Shown in pieces: positions 43,877-53,533 of a stretch of DNA of 62,201 nt. The notes under the pieces are model-generated. The model was not told the origin of the DNA, made no database searches, and worked only from the letters and a program-made list of their open reading frames with translations. The DNA comes from an uncultured Dehalococcoidia bacterium (GTDB taxonomy: Bacteria; Chloroflexota; Dehalococcoidia; GIF9; UBA5629). Positions within the stretch are counted from its first letter, which is position 1. Each line of letters opens with the position of its first letter. Location: contig CAIMUM010000063.1 of NCBI GenBank assembly GCA_903844685.1, positions 1-62,201 of the forward strand, read 5' to 3'. A program made the position numbers and the translations under genes.

Positions 43877-45691
43877 ATGCCGATAGATGATAATAAGGGT
43901 ATAATTGACAGGCAGAAGGTAGTCAGGAAGCTTGAGCTTGATAAGTGCCGCGAAGAGCTGGCTACACTGCAAACGAGGTTCAACGTTGGCGAACTGCCGG
44001 CAGGCGCTTACTTAGAAAGAAGCAAAGCTCTGCTTGAGAAGATAGCAATACTTGAAAAGGAAGTTAACAATATACCGATTTCCATGATAGACAGATTTAA
44101 GAAAAACCGCGCGCTTTTCACTATTATAGGCGTCGTCCTTTTCGGGCTGTTGCTCTGCGGGACTATTATCCTGCTGGTCCCCAGTACCGGCAGTGGCGTC
44201 GGCAATATAGCACCGGACTTCGTCATGCAGTTAAGCGATGATAATTCCCGGGCTTTAAGCTCGTTCCGCGGCAACACAGTGGTGCTGGTTTTCTGGGACC
44301 GCGATTTCTGGGATGACCAGTTCTTCTACGTGAATGGTGTCGAACGCAAGCTCTACATACCTGATAAGCTTAACCAGCTTTACCAGAAATCCGGGGGGAA
44401 AGACCCGGCCATCATTGCTATTGCCTCAGGCGCCAGCAGCAGCGATATAGAACACCTGGTAAAGGATTACGAGATAAGCTTCCCTGTAATCGGGGACATG
44501 TCAGGCAAGCTGCGCTCGAGCTACAACATATCCTACGAGCCGACCCTGGTTTTCTTAGATAAAAACGGCATAATACGCGCCAGGGTGGAAGGGCCCGTTA
44601 CAACTCTTTCCGACCTGGAGCAGGCCGTCCTCGCCGTTTCGACCGGCGCCAGGGTCAACCCATCCGTTCCACCTATAAGCGACGTTATAGTACAATCCAA
44701 TAATGAAAAAAGCGCCGTAGTTAACTGGAGCACTTCTCAGCCCTCAACGACACAGGTGGATATTGATGGTAAAAATATCCAGACGGTGATAACCGCTGCG
44801 CCGGTGACGCTGCATTCGCTCACCATCGCTGACCTTGATCCGGGCGCTTCGTATCATATCAGGATCCTCTATAATATCAACAACATCAACGTCTCGGAGC
44901 ACTCATTTAGCGCGCTCGGGGATACGGTCATTTCGAAGCGGTTCCTGGCCACGACATCCTCCAAGGAGACCAGCTACCCGGAGATATCAGGCGCAGGGAC
45001 AAGCTCTGTCACTGACTCGGCCATGCTGATAACCTGGAAGACCGACGAACCGGCTACGGGAGAAGTGGATTACGGGCTTGACAGGAATTACCGCGATACA
45101 ACCAGCCAGGGTAACAGCCTCTCCATCTGGCATACCGTCAAGATCGACAACCTGCTTCCCGAAACGCAGTATTATTTGAAATTGCGGTCAAAGGATGCCT
45201 CCGGCAAAGAATCAACACAGGAGCTTCAACCAGCTAAGACCCAGAGCATCGTTGATATAGGTCCTTTCATTGGCAAACGCGCCCCCGACTTTACGCTCAC
45301 TTCACTCGACGGCAGTAAATACAGCCTGAGCCAATTTTTAGGCCGCAAGGTGCTGCTCAATTTCTGGCTGGAAGGCTGCCCCGCCTGCGAGGCGGAGATG
45401 CCGCTCCTACAGGCAACATTCGATAAATACGGCCGCGATGATGTCATAATACTGGCAGCCAACGTGCGCGGCGACGTCGACAAGGTGAGACTATTCATTG
45501 ACACACAAGGCCTGACCTTCCCCGTCCTGCTGGATACGGAAGGCATAGCAGACAGCCTGTATACACCGCCGGCTTTCCCGACAACATTCTTTATCGATTC
45601 CACAGGCATTATCCGCGATATCCAAGACCAGCGCTTCCAGACTACCAGCGAGATTGACGATGCGCTGGGCAAATTGGACTGCTGCAAATAG
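43877..45691 (+). CDS. 604-aa membrane-anchored protein: Cys-less Trx-fold domain, two FN3-like domains, then an active TlpA-like domain (CPAC)
   Basis: Has a TM helix at about aa 78-100. Domain 1 reads APDFVMQL..VVLVFWDRDFWDDQ, with no CxxC. The FN3-like motifs are SAVVNWSTSQPSTTQVD and AMLITWKTDEPATGEVDYG. Domain 4 reads APDFTLTSLDGSKYSLSQFLGRKVLLNFWLEGCPACEAEMP. The protein ends in DCCK. Confidence 0.75.
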   Translation: MPIDDNKGIIDRQKVVRKLELDKCREELATLQTRFNVGELPAGAYLERSKALLEKIAILEKEVNNIPISMIDRFKKNRALFTIIGVVLFGLLLCGTIILLVPSTGSGVGNIAPDFVMQLSDDNSRALSSFRGNTVVLVFWDRDFWDDQFFYVNGVERKLYIPDKLNQLYQKSGGKDPAIIAIASGASSSDIEHLVKDYEISFPVIGDMSGKLRSSYNISYEPTLVFLDKNGIIRARVEGPVTTLSDLEQAVLAVSTGARVNPSVPPISDVIVQSNNEKSAVVNWSTSQPSTTQVDIDGKNIQTVITAAPVTLHSLTIADLDPGASYHIRILYNINNINVSEHSFSALGDTVISKRFLATTSSKETSYPEISGAGTSSVTDSAMLITWKTDEPATGEVDYGLDRNYRDTTSQGNSLSIWHTVKIDNLLPETQYYLKLRSKDASGKESTQELQPAKTQSIVDIGPFIGKRAPDFTLTSLDGSKYSLSQFLGRKVLLNFWLEGCPACEAEMPLLQATFDKYGRDDVIILAANVRGDVDKVRLFIDTQGLTFPVLLDTEGIADSLYTPPAFPTTFFIDSTGIIRDIQDQRFQTTSEIDDALGKLDCCK

Positions 45692-45720
45692 CACCGCCAG
45701 CGCAGTCCCAGGTTGCCGAT

Positions 45721-46749
45721 ATGGGTAAAAACAGCCGTTATATCAAGTGGTTTATCGCCCTTTTTTCTCTTTTGGCCTTCGGCACAGCCGGCTACATGCT
45801 CATTCAACAATGGGACTTCTTCGATTCGTTATACATGACCGTCATTACCATAGCCACGGTCGGGTTCGGCGAGGTCCACCCGCTTTCCACGGCCGGCCGT
45901 ATCTTCACCATAGTCCTGACGCTGGGAGGCGTCGGCACAGCTTTTTATATACTCACCAGTATCGTACAGGCAACACTCGACAGTGAATTCGGGTCATTCA
46001 GGAGGAGCCGTATGGACGCCAGGATAAAGAAGCTCAATAACCACTTCGTACTGTGCGGCTACGGCCGCGTGGGCGAGGCCATTGCCAGTACTCTCAAACA
46101 GCAGAAGGCCGATTTCGTAGTTATCGATCACAGCATGAACAGCTACACACGTGCCATGCAGCAGGATTGCCTGAGCATATTAGATGATGCCACCAACCAT
46201 GCCGTGCTTAAGCGCGCCGGGATTGAAAAAGCCAGGAGCCTTATCACAGCTTTCGGTGACGACGCCTACAACACCTATGCCGTGTTGACGGCCCGCGAGA
46301 TTAACCCCAGGCTTACGATCATTGGCCACGCCAATAACGACGACGCCGCCCGCAGGCTCAAGCAAGCCGGCGCCACGCACATCATCCTGCCCGAGGTCAT
46401 CGGCGGCATGCAGATGGCGCGCCTGGCCACCCGCCCCACCACCGTGCAATTCATCGAAACGGTCCTTCTCGGCAAGGAGGGAGAATTTGTTGTCGAGGAA
46501 GTTTATATCGGTGAAAACTCGACGCTTATCGGGGCCAGCATCAAGGACATCGAGGAACGCTTCACAGGCGTGCGCATACTGGCTATAAGGGAGAAAGATG
46601 GCGATATCGTCATCAATCCCAGCCTTGACACCGGGGTCGAGGCCGGTGGCAGCCTGACCGCTTTCGGGACCATGGACCAGCTTCAAGCCGTCGAGGGCTG
46701 CTGTTCATTCAACCGCGATAGCGGGGGCCATATTGTGCCTGATTTGTAG
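45721..46749 (+). CDS. K+ channel with cytoplasmic RCK domains (TrkA-N/TrkA-C)
   Basis: Two TM helices plus a pore with the filter TVGFGE. The RCK domain reads FVLCGYGRVGE. Confidence 0.85.
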   Translation: MGKNSRYIKWFIALFSLLAFGTAGYMLIQQWDFFDSLYMTVITIATVGFGEVHPLSTAGRIFTIVLTLGGVGTAFYILTSIVQATLDSEFGSFRRSRMDARIKKLNNHFVLCGYGRVGEAIASTLKQQKADFVVIDHSMNSYTRAMQQDCLSILDDATNHAVLKRAGIEKARSLITAFGDDAYNTYAVLTAREINPRLTIIGHANNDDAARRLKQAGATHIILPEVIGGMQMARLATRPTTVQFIETVLLGKEGEFVVEEVYIGENSTLIGASIKDIEERFTGVRILAIREKDGDIVINPSLDTGVEAGGSLTAFGTMDQLQAVEGCCSFNRDSGGHIVPDL

Positions 46750-46793
46750 CGGCGCGGCTGATTGTATCGCTTTGTTCTGATAAGGATAGAAAA

Positions 46794-47708
46794 ATGAGTG
46801 TTCGCACAAAAAAAATACTCCTCTTCATCGGGTTGACCTTCTTTATCGACTGGTCGCTGGTAGGATTATACCTCGCCCTGGGCGGCACGACCGACGGCGC
46901 GGGCATGACGCTGCTGGCTGTTTTCTACATGTTTGTACCCATGCTGGTGGCTATCATGGTGCAGAAGCGTATCTTCCGGCAGCCACTGGCAGGCCCTTTA
47001 GGCATCTCATTCAAAGTCAACCGCTGGTTCTTTATCGCGTGGTTTCTTCCGCCGGTTATAGCTTTCATGGCTATGGGAATCAGCCTGCTGATGCCGGGTG
47101 TAAGTTTCACTCCTGACATGTCCGGTTTTTTCAATTCACTGGCCGGGGCGTTAACTCCTGAGCAGATGGAGCAGGCCAGGCAGCAATTAGCCGCCATGCC
47201 GGTGCACCCTATCTGGTTTATCCTGGTACTCTCCCTCATCGCCGGCACCACTGTGAACGCGGTCGCCGGCTTCGGTGAAGAGCTTGGCTGGCGAGGCTTC
47301 CTGGTGAAGGAGCTTAGCTTCATGGGCTTCTGGAAATCCTCGGCGCTGATCGGCTTTATCTGGGGAGTATGGCACGCTCCCCTCATACTGCTGGGGCTCA
47401 ATTACCCGCACCATCCTTACCTCGGCATCCTCGTAATGACGGCCTGGACGATCGTCATGGCGCCCGTCTTCAGCTATATCCGGCTTAAGGCAAAATCCGT
47501 TATCGCAACGGCCATTTTTCACGGCACCATAAATGCCGTCCCCGGCCTGGCGGTGGTACTGCTGACAGGAGGCGATGAACTGACCGTGGGTATAACCGGC
47601 CTGGCCGGGTTCATAGCTTTCATTATCGTAATCCTGTCGCTGTTCATCTTTGACAGGTTTATTACAAGGGAGCGGGTCGGCACTATTTTAAGCAGCTTAC
47701 CTGATTAA
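46794..47708 (+). CDS. CPBP-family intramembrane glutamic endopeptidase
   Basis: Carries GEELGWRGFL, WGVWHAP and FHGTINA motifs in a polytopic membrane protein. Confidence 0.8.
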   Translation: MSVRTKKILLFIGLTFFIDWSLVGLYLALGGTTDGAGMTLLAVFYMFVPMLVAIMVQKRIFRQPLAGPLGISFKVNRWFFIAWFLPPVIAFMAMGISLLMPGVSFTPDMSGFFNSLAGALTPEQMEQARQQLAAMPVHPIWFILVLSLIAGTTVNAVAGFGEELGWRGFLVKELSFMGFWKSSALIGFIWGVWHAPLILLGLNYPHHPYLGILVMTAWTIVMAPVFSYIRLKAKSVIATAIFHGTINAVPGLAVVLLTGGDELTVGITGLAGFIAFIIVILSLFIFDRFITRERVGTILSSLPD

Positions 47709-47726
47709 GTTTATTCATGATCGCAT

Positions 47727-48974
47727 ATGCACAATAACCTGACTGCTGAAATCGAGGCAAGGCTGCCCGGGCCTGTCACCCAACTGGTAAGAACGGTTGG
47801 CAGAACAGCCGCCCGCCATGGCTTTAACAGCTACTTGGTGGGCGGCATAGTCCGCGACATCCTGCTCAACCGGCCCTCCGCAGATATCGATATTATGATC
47901 GATGGTGACGCTATCAAGCTGGCACGGGCCATAGCTGACAATGCCGGGGCAAGGCTATTTGTCCACAAAGCCTTTGGAACAGCCCGCTTCGATCTTGAAG
48001 GGTATCGCATAGACCTGTCAACCTGCCGGAGTGAATCTTACGACCGCCCTGGCGCGCTTCCCCGGGTGAAGCCTGGCAATATCTGTGATGACCTGCTACG
48101 GCGGGATTTCAGCATCAACGCGATGGCCCTCTGTATCAACCCCACAGATTTCGGCGTGCTTACAGATTTGTACGGCGGCGTAGCTGACCTGGAGGGAAGG
48201 GTCATCCGCGTCATGCACGACAGGAGTTTTGAGGACGATGCCACGCGCATTATGCGCGCTGTACGTTACGAGCAGAGGCTGAGCTTCAAATTAGAGAGGA
48301 GAACGGCCCGGCTGCTCAAGCTCGATATCGATATGCTGGATTCTATCAGCGGCGACCGCTTAAAGCATGAGGTCCTGCTGTGGCTGACGGAACAAAGGCC
48401 CGGCGGCATTATCAGGCGTGCCGGCAAGCTCGGTGTTTTACAGAAGCTTCATCCCTCCCTCCAATGGAACCGCCAGATGCAAATCGCCTTCCGGCGCGCT
48501 GCAAAGATACCTGATGGCGCTTCAGCCAACCACATATATTTCTCCCTGATGGCCTATCAAATGGGCGAGGGTGCGCTGTACGAACTGCTGCAGAGGCTAA
48601 ACCTGCTGGGGAGCAAATACGACCTGCTCAGCCACCAGTGCCTGGCCCTAAAAAACAGGCTCCCGCAATTAGACCGGCCGCTGATTAAGAACTCGGAGAT
48701 ATTTTCGCTGGTGCAAGATGTGGAACCGCCGGCAGTACAGGTGAACTGGCTTTATCCCAACCCGTTAGCCGTACGCAGGAGCTTACGCCTCTACCTTAGA
48801 AAGCTGATGCACATTAAAACCTCGGTCACCGGCAATGACCTTGTACAATGGGGATTAAAACAGGGTCCCGGGGTCGGAATGGTATTAAATAAACTGCTGG
48901 CAGCAAGGCTGGACGGCGAGGTCAAAACGAGGGCTGAAGAGGAAAAGCTGGCGAGACGCTTGGCAGCTATCTAA
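47727..48974 (+). CDS. cca: CCA-adding enzyme / poly(A) polymerase-family tRNA nucleotidyltransferase
   Basis: Reads LVGGIVRDILLNRPSADIDI..RRDFSINAMA. Confidence 0.85.
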   Translation: MHNNLTAEIEARLPGPVTQLVRTVGRTAARHGFNSYLVGGIVRDILLNRPSADIDIMIDGDAIKLARAIADNAGARLFVHKAFGTARFDLEGYRIDLSTCRSESYDRPGALPRVKPGNICDDLLRRDFSINAMALCINPTDFGVLTDLYGGVADLEGRVIRVMHDRSFEDDATRIMRAVRYEQRLSFKLERRTARLLKLDIDMLDSISGDRLKHEVLLWLTEQRPGGIIRRAGKLGVLQKLHPSLQWNRQMQIAFRRAAKIPDGASANHIYFSLMAYQMGEGALYELLQRLNLLGSKYDLLSHQCLALKNRLPQLDRPLIKNSEIFSLVQDVEPPAVQVNWLYPNPLAVRRSLRLYLRKLMHIKTSVTGNDLVQWGLKQGPGVGMVLNKLLAARLDGEVKTRAEEEKLARRLAAI

Positions 48975-49064
48975 AAATGCCAGTGGAACAGAAGTTCCGG
49001 CATGCCCAGCAACAGCAGCCCTTTCTCAATCCACTTTATTTTCCTGCCTGCCGGTTTAGGGGTT

Positions 49065-49928
49065 TCAGTTTCCTGCTTCATCCCTTGTTACGCCCGGTGC
49101 TAAAGTAGCATCCATTTTCACAAGCGACAATTTTTGCTGTACGTCCAGGGCAGCTTGCCGGCTATCGAACATGCTGAATAAATAAGGCCCGGAGCCGGAC
49201 AGGTGTATCTCACCTGCGCCAGCCTTTTCCAACGCCTCCCGGTACCGCTGCAGACCGCTATATGCCACTTCGGCAAGACTGTCAAAGGTATTGTAAAACA
49301 TACCCGCTCCAGTTCTACCCGTCTTTAACAGCACTACAGCGCCGGCAGCCAGGCTGCCGCTGCTGTAGTGCCCGGGTTTGAGCATACCGTAAAGCACGGC
49401 GGTCTTGTTCACAGGCACAGCAATGACTGGTTTAAGCAATACAAACCAGGCGCTCGCTATATCCGGCAAAGGTGTTATTTTTTCCCCGCGGCCCTGTACC
49501 AGGCAGGTACCCCCGTAAATGAAAAAAGGCACATCCGAACCGACTCCTGCCCCAATTTCAGCCAGCTTTTCAGCAGCCAGGCCGAGTCCCCAGAGTCTGT
49601 TCAACCCTTTCAGCGCAGCCGCCGCGTCGCTGCTCCCGCCTCCTAACCCGGCAGCCACAGGAATTTCTTTCTCCAGCGCTATCCTCGCTCCCATTTTTGA
49701 CCCCGTGGCCTGACGCAGGGCATGGGCGGTCTTCACAACCAGGTTATCATTGGCCTGCAATCCCGGTACAGAACAGTAGAATTCAATCTCATTGGCAGCT
49801 TCAAAAGTCAAAACGTCATGAAGGCCAATAGTCTGCATGATACTGGCGATCTCGTGGTAACCGTCCGCCCGCCTGCCCAGCACCTCCAGCACCAGGTTGA
49901 CCTTGGCATACGCCCTGAGCGTCAGCAC
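49065..49928 (-). CDS. ispE: 4-diphosphocytidyl-2-C-methyl-D-erythritol kinase
   Basis: Reads AYAKVNLVLEVLGRRADGYHEI and PVAAGLGGGSSDAAA. I prefer the start at GTG 49928, which overlaps the rsmA stop (GTGCTGA). The track start is ATG 49964. Confidence 0.85.
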   Translation of the reverse strand: MLTLRAYAKVNLVLEVLGRRADGYHEIASIMQTIGLHDVLTFEAANEIEFYCSVPGLQANDNLVVKTAHALRQATGSKMGARIALEKEIPVAAGLGGGSSDAAAALKGLNRLWGLGLAAEKLAEIGAGVGSDVPFFIYGGTCLVQGRGEKITPLPDIASAWFVLLKPVIAVPVNKTAVLYGMLKPGHYSSGSLAAGAVVLLKTGRTGAGMFYNTFDSLAEVAYSGLQRYREALEKAGAGEIHLSGSGPYLFSMFDSRQAALDVQQKLSLVKMDATLAPGVTRDEAGN

Positions 49929-50773
49929 GGGGCGCTGCCCGCCTGGCGGTATAAGGCCGACCATTCATCCAGGGTCAGGGTACCCGGCCTCCTGCGCGAA
50001 TCGATGCCCGCCCGCACAAGTATTTCTTCAGCCGCCGCAGGTTCCAAACGCAAACCGATAGCCAGCGAGTTATGCAACTGCTTGCGCGGGGCGCCGAACC
50101 CGGCATGCACCAGTTCCAGGAATCCTTCAACGTTGCTGACTTCAACAGCCGGCCGCTCCAGCATATCGAACCTAACCACGGCAGAATCAACTTTCGGCGC
50201 CGGGTAAAAGCAGTCGGCAGGCACGCGGCGGACTATTTTCGGAATGCTGAAAAGGCGCATGCTGACAGCTAAGAAGCCCATCGCTCCCGGCTTAGCCGTT
50301 ACATCGCGGGCCACCTCCTCCTGCATCATAATGACCATCAGCGACGGCCTCAGCTCAGCCTGCATGAAATAGCGCAGGACAGGTGAAGTAATATAGTAAG
50401 GGATATTAGCTACCACCTTATATTTCGCACCTTTGCTCAAAGCGGTTATACCGAGGCTAAGGATATCAGCGTTGATGATATCGATATTGCTGAACTTGGA
50501 CAGCCTGTTTCTCAGGCGCTCGGCCAGGCCGTCGTCCAGTTCAACAGCCACCACCTTGCCGGCATGTGCGGCGAGCTTCTCCGTAAGTATACCGAGGCCG
50601 GGACCCACCTCTATAACCATATCCCCGGCCGACAATGCGGCAGCCTCAACTATACTATCTCTTATATCTTCGTTTACAAGGAAGTTCTGGCCCAGGCTTT
50701 TTTTTGCTTTCAGGCCTGCGCCTTTGAGCTGGCCACGGACTTTAGCGGTTGAATCTCTGGCTTTATGAGGCAA
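49922..50773 (-). CDS. rsmA: 16S rRNA (adenine1518/1519-N6)-dimethyltransferase
   Basis: Reads KKSLGQNFLVN..VIEVGPGLGILT..NIPYYITSP. Confidence 0.9.
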   Translation of the reverse strand: MPHKARDSTAKVRGQLKGAGLKAKKSLGQNFLVNEDIRDSIVEAAALSAGDMVIEVGPGLGILTEKLAAHAGKVVAVELDDGLAERLRNRLSKFSNIDIINADILSLGITALSKGAKYKVVANIPYYITSPVLRYFMQAELRPSLMVIMMQEEVARDVTAKPGAMGFLAVSMRLFSIPKIVRRVPADCFYPAPKVDSAVVRFDMLERPAVEVSNVEGFLELVHAGFGAPRKQLHNSLAIGLRLEPAAAEEILVRAGIDSRRRPGTLTLDEWSALYRQAGSAPC

Positions 50774-50800
50774 ATTATTTCAATTCACGAAAAAATAAGT

Positions 50801-51070
50801 GGGCCGTGCACCGGCTGTCGATAGTGTTCTTCAGCTTACGTCTGCCAGCCAGCTCCGGCCAGGCATACCTGCGTCACCCGGAGCTTACTATTTACCGCTG
50901 CTTCCTTCCGGACCTGACGGGATTCATAGACCTCCGCCGCGCAAGACCCAACCCTCAACGCCACTTAACCGTTGCAGTTCTGAAAAACAGGACCTCGAAC
51001 CGGTATTCAGCCCCGCTATAGCGGATCTCGGGTACAGGGCACCGCTGGTTCCCCGCTTAGCACGGCCCAA
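50801..51070 (-). ncRNA. ffs: Signal recognition particle RNA, long (Bacillus-type, Alu-domain-containing) form, ~270 nt
   Basis: The minus strand carries the conserved domain IV sequence tcaggtccggaaggaagcagc. The 5' end, gggccgtgctaagcggggaaccagcggtgccctgtacc, resembles B. subtilis scRNA. The terminal helix pairs gggccgtgc with gcacggccc and is followed by ttattttt. An upstream promoter has TTGAAA (51104..51099), a 17-nt spacer and TAGTAT (51081..51076). Confidence 0.9.
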
Positions 51071-51106
51071 TTCAAATACTACAATGTAACCACCGACTTT
51101 TCAAGG

Positions 51107-51838
51107 TCAAATGCCCCAGGCTATGCGGCTGACCAGGAAGTCCGTCAGGTCCGAATTCTCCATCTTCTCCTGGGTAGCTGTCACATCATAGGTTACCCTG
51201 TAGTTGCGCAGCATCATTTCATCGGCATCGAAGATAGCGTAGGACGCCCGCGGATCACGGTCGCGCGGTTGCCCCACACTCCCCGGGTTGATTATCAGCC
51301 GGTTGTCCCCCAGTACCAGCATATCGCCATCGCGCAGGACGCTCCCGCTGACCTCAGCGCCGTCATGCTCGAAAAGGAACGGGACATGCGTGTGCCCCAC
51401 CAGGCAGAACCGCGTAGCGAAATAGCGGAAATTATCGGCAGCCGTGAAAGAGTGCGATATATATTCCCAGACAGGTTGCCTGGGGCTTCCGTGCACGATG
51501 GTAAAATCGTCCTCAACCAACAGGTCGGGCAACCCCGACAGGAATTCCCTATCCTCTGCGCTCAACTGCCCGGCCGTCCAGCGGTTGGCCCTGGCCGCCT
51601 CGGAGCTGAAATCGCCGACATCAATTTTACCCACCGCTGCCGAGTCGTGGTTGCCGCAAACGCAGACTGGGTCAAGCTGCTTGAGGAGTTTTATACAGGC
51701 TGCCGGGTCCGGGCCGTAGCCCACCACATCACCCAGGCACCAGGTATGCCCAAATCCGCCGTGGTTTTGCGCGTCCTCCAGTACGGCCTCGAAGGCCTCG
51801 AGGTTGCTGTGGATATCGGCGATGATGAGGTATTTCAT
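51107..51838 (-). CDS. Metallophosphoesterase-family protein
   Basis: Reads IADIHSN, GDVVGYGPDP, GNHD and GHTH. Confidence 0.8.
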   Translation of the reverse strand: MKYLIIADIHSNLEAFEAVLEDAQNHGGFGHTWCLGDVVGYGPDPAACIKLLKQLDPVCVCGNHDSAAVGKIDVGDFSSEAARANRWTAGQLSAEDREFLSGLPDLLVEDDFTIVHGSPRQPVWEYISHSFTAADNFRYFATRFCLVGHTHVPFLFEHDGAEVSGSVLRDGDMLVLGDNRLIINPGSVGQPRDRDPRASYAIFDADEMMLRNYRVTYDVTATQEKMENSDLTDFLVSRIAWGI

Positions 51839-51919
51839 GGAAGGTAAATTATAACATACACCTCTCGGACGGCTGTTTGTCTTACACAGTACGGCAGGTG
51901 TATATTTAACCAGGGAACC

Positions 51920-52321
51920 ATGTACTATTTCGCCTACGCTTCCAATTTGAACCGCAAGCAGATGGCCGGGCGCTGCCCCGAGGCTAAATCTAAAGCAGTG
52001 GCTACTTTGCCCAATTTCAAGCTGATCTTCACGGGGTATTCACGGCTGCGCAAAGGCGCGGTGGCCACCATCAGGGGCTCACAGGGAGATAAGGTCATTG
52101 GCGCAGTTTACGAGATAAACGAGGCCGGCCTGCGCAAGCTGGATAAACATGAAAACCACCCTGTCGACTACAAGCACCTTGAAGTGCGCGTTTTCACCGA
52201 CAGCAGTGAAGCTTACGATGCTGTGACCTTCATCAAGGCCAGGCAGGAGGAAGAGGGTCAACCCTCGGCTGAATACCGCGCCATCATACAGCAGGGCTAC
52301 CGCGACTGGGGCATCATCTGA
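51920..52321 (+). CDS. Gamma-glutamylcyclotransferase (AIG2/GGACT-like) family protein
   Basis: Opens with YYFAYASNLNRKQMAGRCP; 133 aa. Confidence 0.7.
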   Translation: MYYFAYASNLNRKQMAGRCPEAKSKAVATLPNFKLIFTGYSRLRKGAVATIRGSQGDKVIGAVYEINEAGLRKLDKHENHPVDYKHLEVRVFTDSSEAYDAVTFIKARQEEEGQPSAEYRAIIQQGYRDWGII

Positions 52322-52330
52322 GCCGTCGGG

Positions 52331-52963
52331 CTAATTGCTTTCGGTAACGATTACCTCGGTCATTTTATCGCCGTTAACCAGTTGTTTCAGCACATCCATA
52401 CCCTGTGTAAGCTGACCGAACACCGTATGTATACCATCCAGGTGAGGCTGCGGGGCATAGCAGATAAAGAACTGACTGCCACCTGTATTGGGTTGCGCTG
52501 TTTTAGCCATGGAAAGGGCGCCCGTTACATGCTTCCTCTGGCTGATTTCATCCGGGATTGTGTATCCAGGGCCACCAGAACCCGTGCCGGTAGGATCGCC
52601 CCCCTGGGCCATGAAGCCGGGGATTACGCGATGGAATGTCAGACCGTTGTAAAACCCCTTGCGCGCCAGACTGACGAAGTTATTTACGGTGACGGGGGCA
52701 TCCTGCGGATATAGCTCCAGCGTCAGGTCGCCCTTGGCCGTCTTGATAACGGCGGTATATTTTTTGTTTACATCGATAACCATGGGAATCGGTGAGTTAT
52801 AGCTTTTGGCTGGTTGTGAGGGCATTTTAATTACTCCTGTCAGAAACAATGTTATTAACAATCCTGCAACCAGGACCGCTGCTGCTACGGGTATTACAAT
52901 CTTCATATTCTGATACCAAACTTTCTTCTGGACCTTATTTTTCCTGGCCTTTTTTTTCGACAT
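52331..52963 (-). CDS. Membrane-anchored cyclophilin-type peptidyl-prolyl isomerase
   Basis: Reads FHRVIPGFMAQGGDPTGTGSGGPGY..GSQFFI and has an N-terminal TM helix. I prefer ATG 52963 over the track start at TTG 52999. Confidence 0.85.
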   Translation of the reverse strand: MSKKKARKNKVQKKVWYQNMKIVIPVAAAVLVAGLLITLFLTGVIKMPSQPAKSYNSPIPMVIDVNKKYTAVIKTAKGDLTLELYPQDAPVTVNNFVSLARKGFYNGLTFHRVIPGFMAQGGDPTGTGSGGPGYTIPDEISQRKHVTGALSMAKTAQPNTGGSQFFICYAPQPHLDGIHTVFGQLTQGMDVLKQLVNGDKMTEVIVTESN

Positions 52964-53055
52964 GTAGCTTACATCGTCCTTAAGATCTTTTATTTTCAAA
53001 AATAGAGTGCCGCACAGGCGGCACCCCGCAGGATTATTTTACCAAATACCTGAGC

Positions 53056-53424
53056 TTACCAACCGCCGAAGACGGAAGTATAGCCAAGTGCCAGCCTGAG
53101 CAGCATATACCCCAGGAATATGATGCCTGATATGAATATCCACAGGCACAACATGCGCCAGAACAGACCCCAGACCAGGCCCCAGGTAGGTTTAACATCC
53201 ACCTGCCTGTGGTGCACCGGGTCGGTGGCGACAACAGGGGTAACCACCTGTTGCGGCATCGCCATACCGGTCATCATCGGCGCGGGCGCGGCTATGCCGG
53301 TTACAATCGGCACATGTGGCATGGGACGCTGGGCTGCTCCCAAGTGGGCCCCGCAGGACACACAGAATTGCTGGTTAGCGGCGTTCTGCGAGCCGCAATT
53401 CTGGCAAATAACCATCTGCTGCAT
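53056..53424 (-). CDS. Zinc-ribbon membrane protein
   Basis: Reads CQNCGSQNAANQQFCVSCG, followed by a Pro/Met-rich linker and two C-terminal TM helices. Confidence 0.55.
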   Translation of the reverse strand: MQQMVICQNCGSQNAANQQFCVSCGAHLGAAQRPMPHVPIVTGIAAPAPMMTGMAMPQQVVTPVVATDPVHHRQVDVKPTWGLVWGLFWRMLCLWIFISGIIFLGYMLLRLALGYTSVFGGW

Positions 53425-53533
53425 ATTTCACCGCCTGAGCTTTTAACTGCATTATATACAGGGTTTTGCAGTATATCAAGGTTTCCCGGCTTTTTCTTCC
53501 TGCCCGCTCGTCTCCCTGTGTTATAATCACGTC

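Noticed and set aside
50749-51089. ORFs 50749..51021 and 50799..51089
   Set aside because: They cover the SRP RNA gene on the opposite strand. The RNA assignment explains the conservation-like structure.
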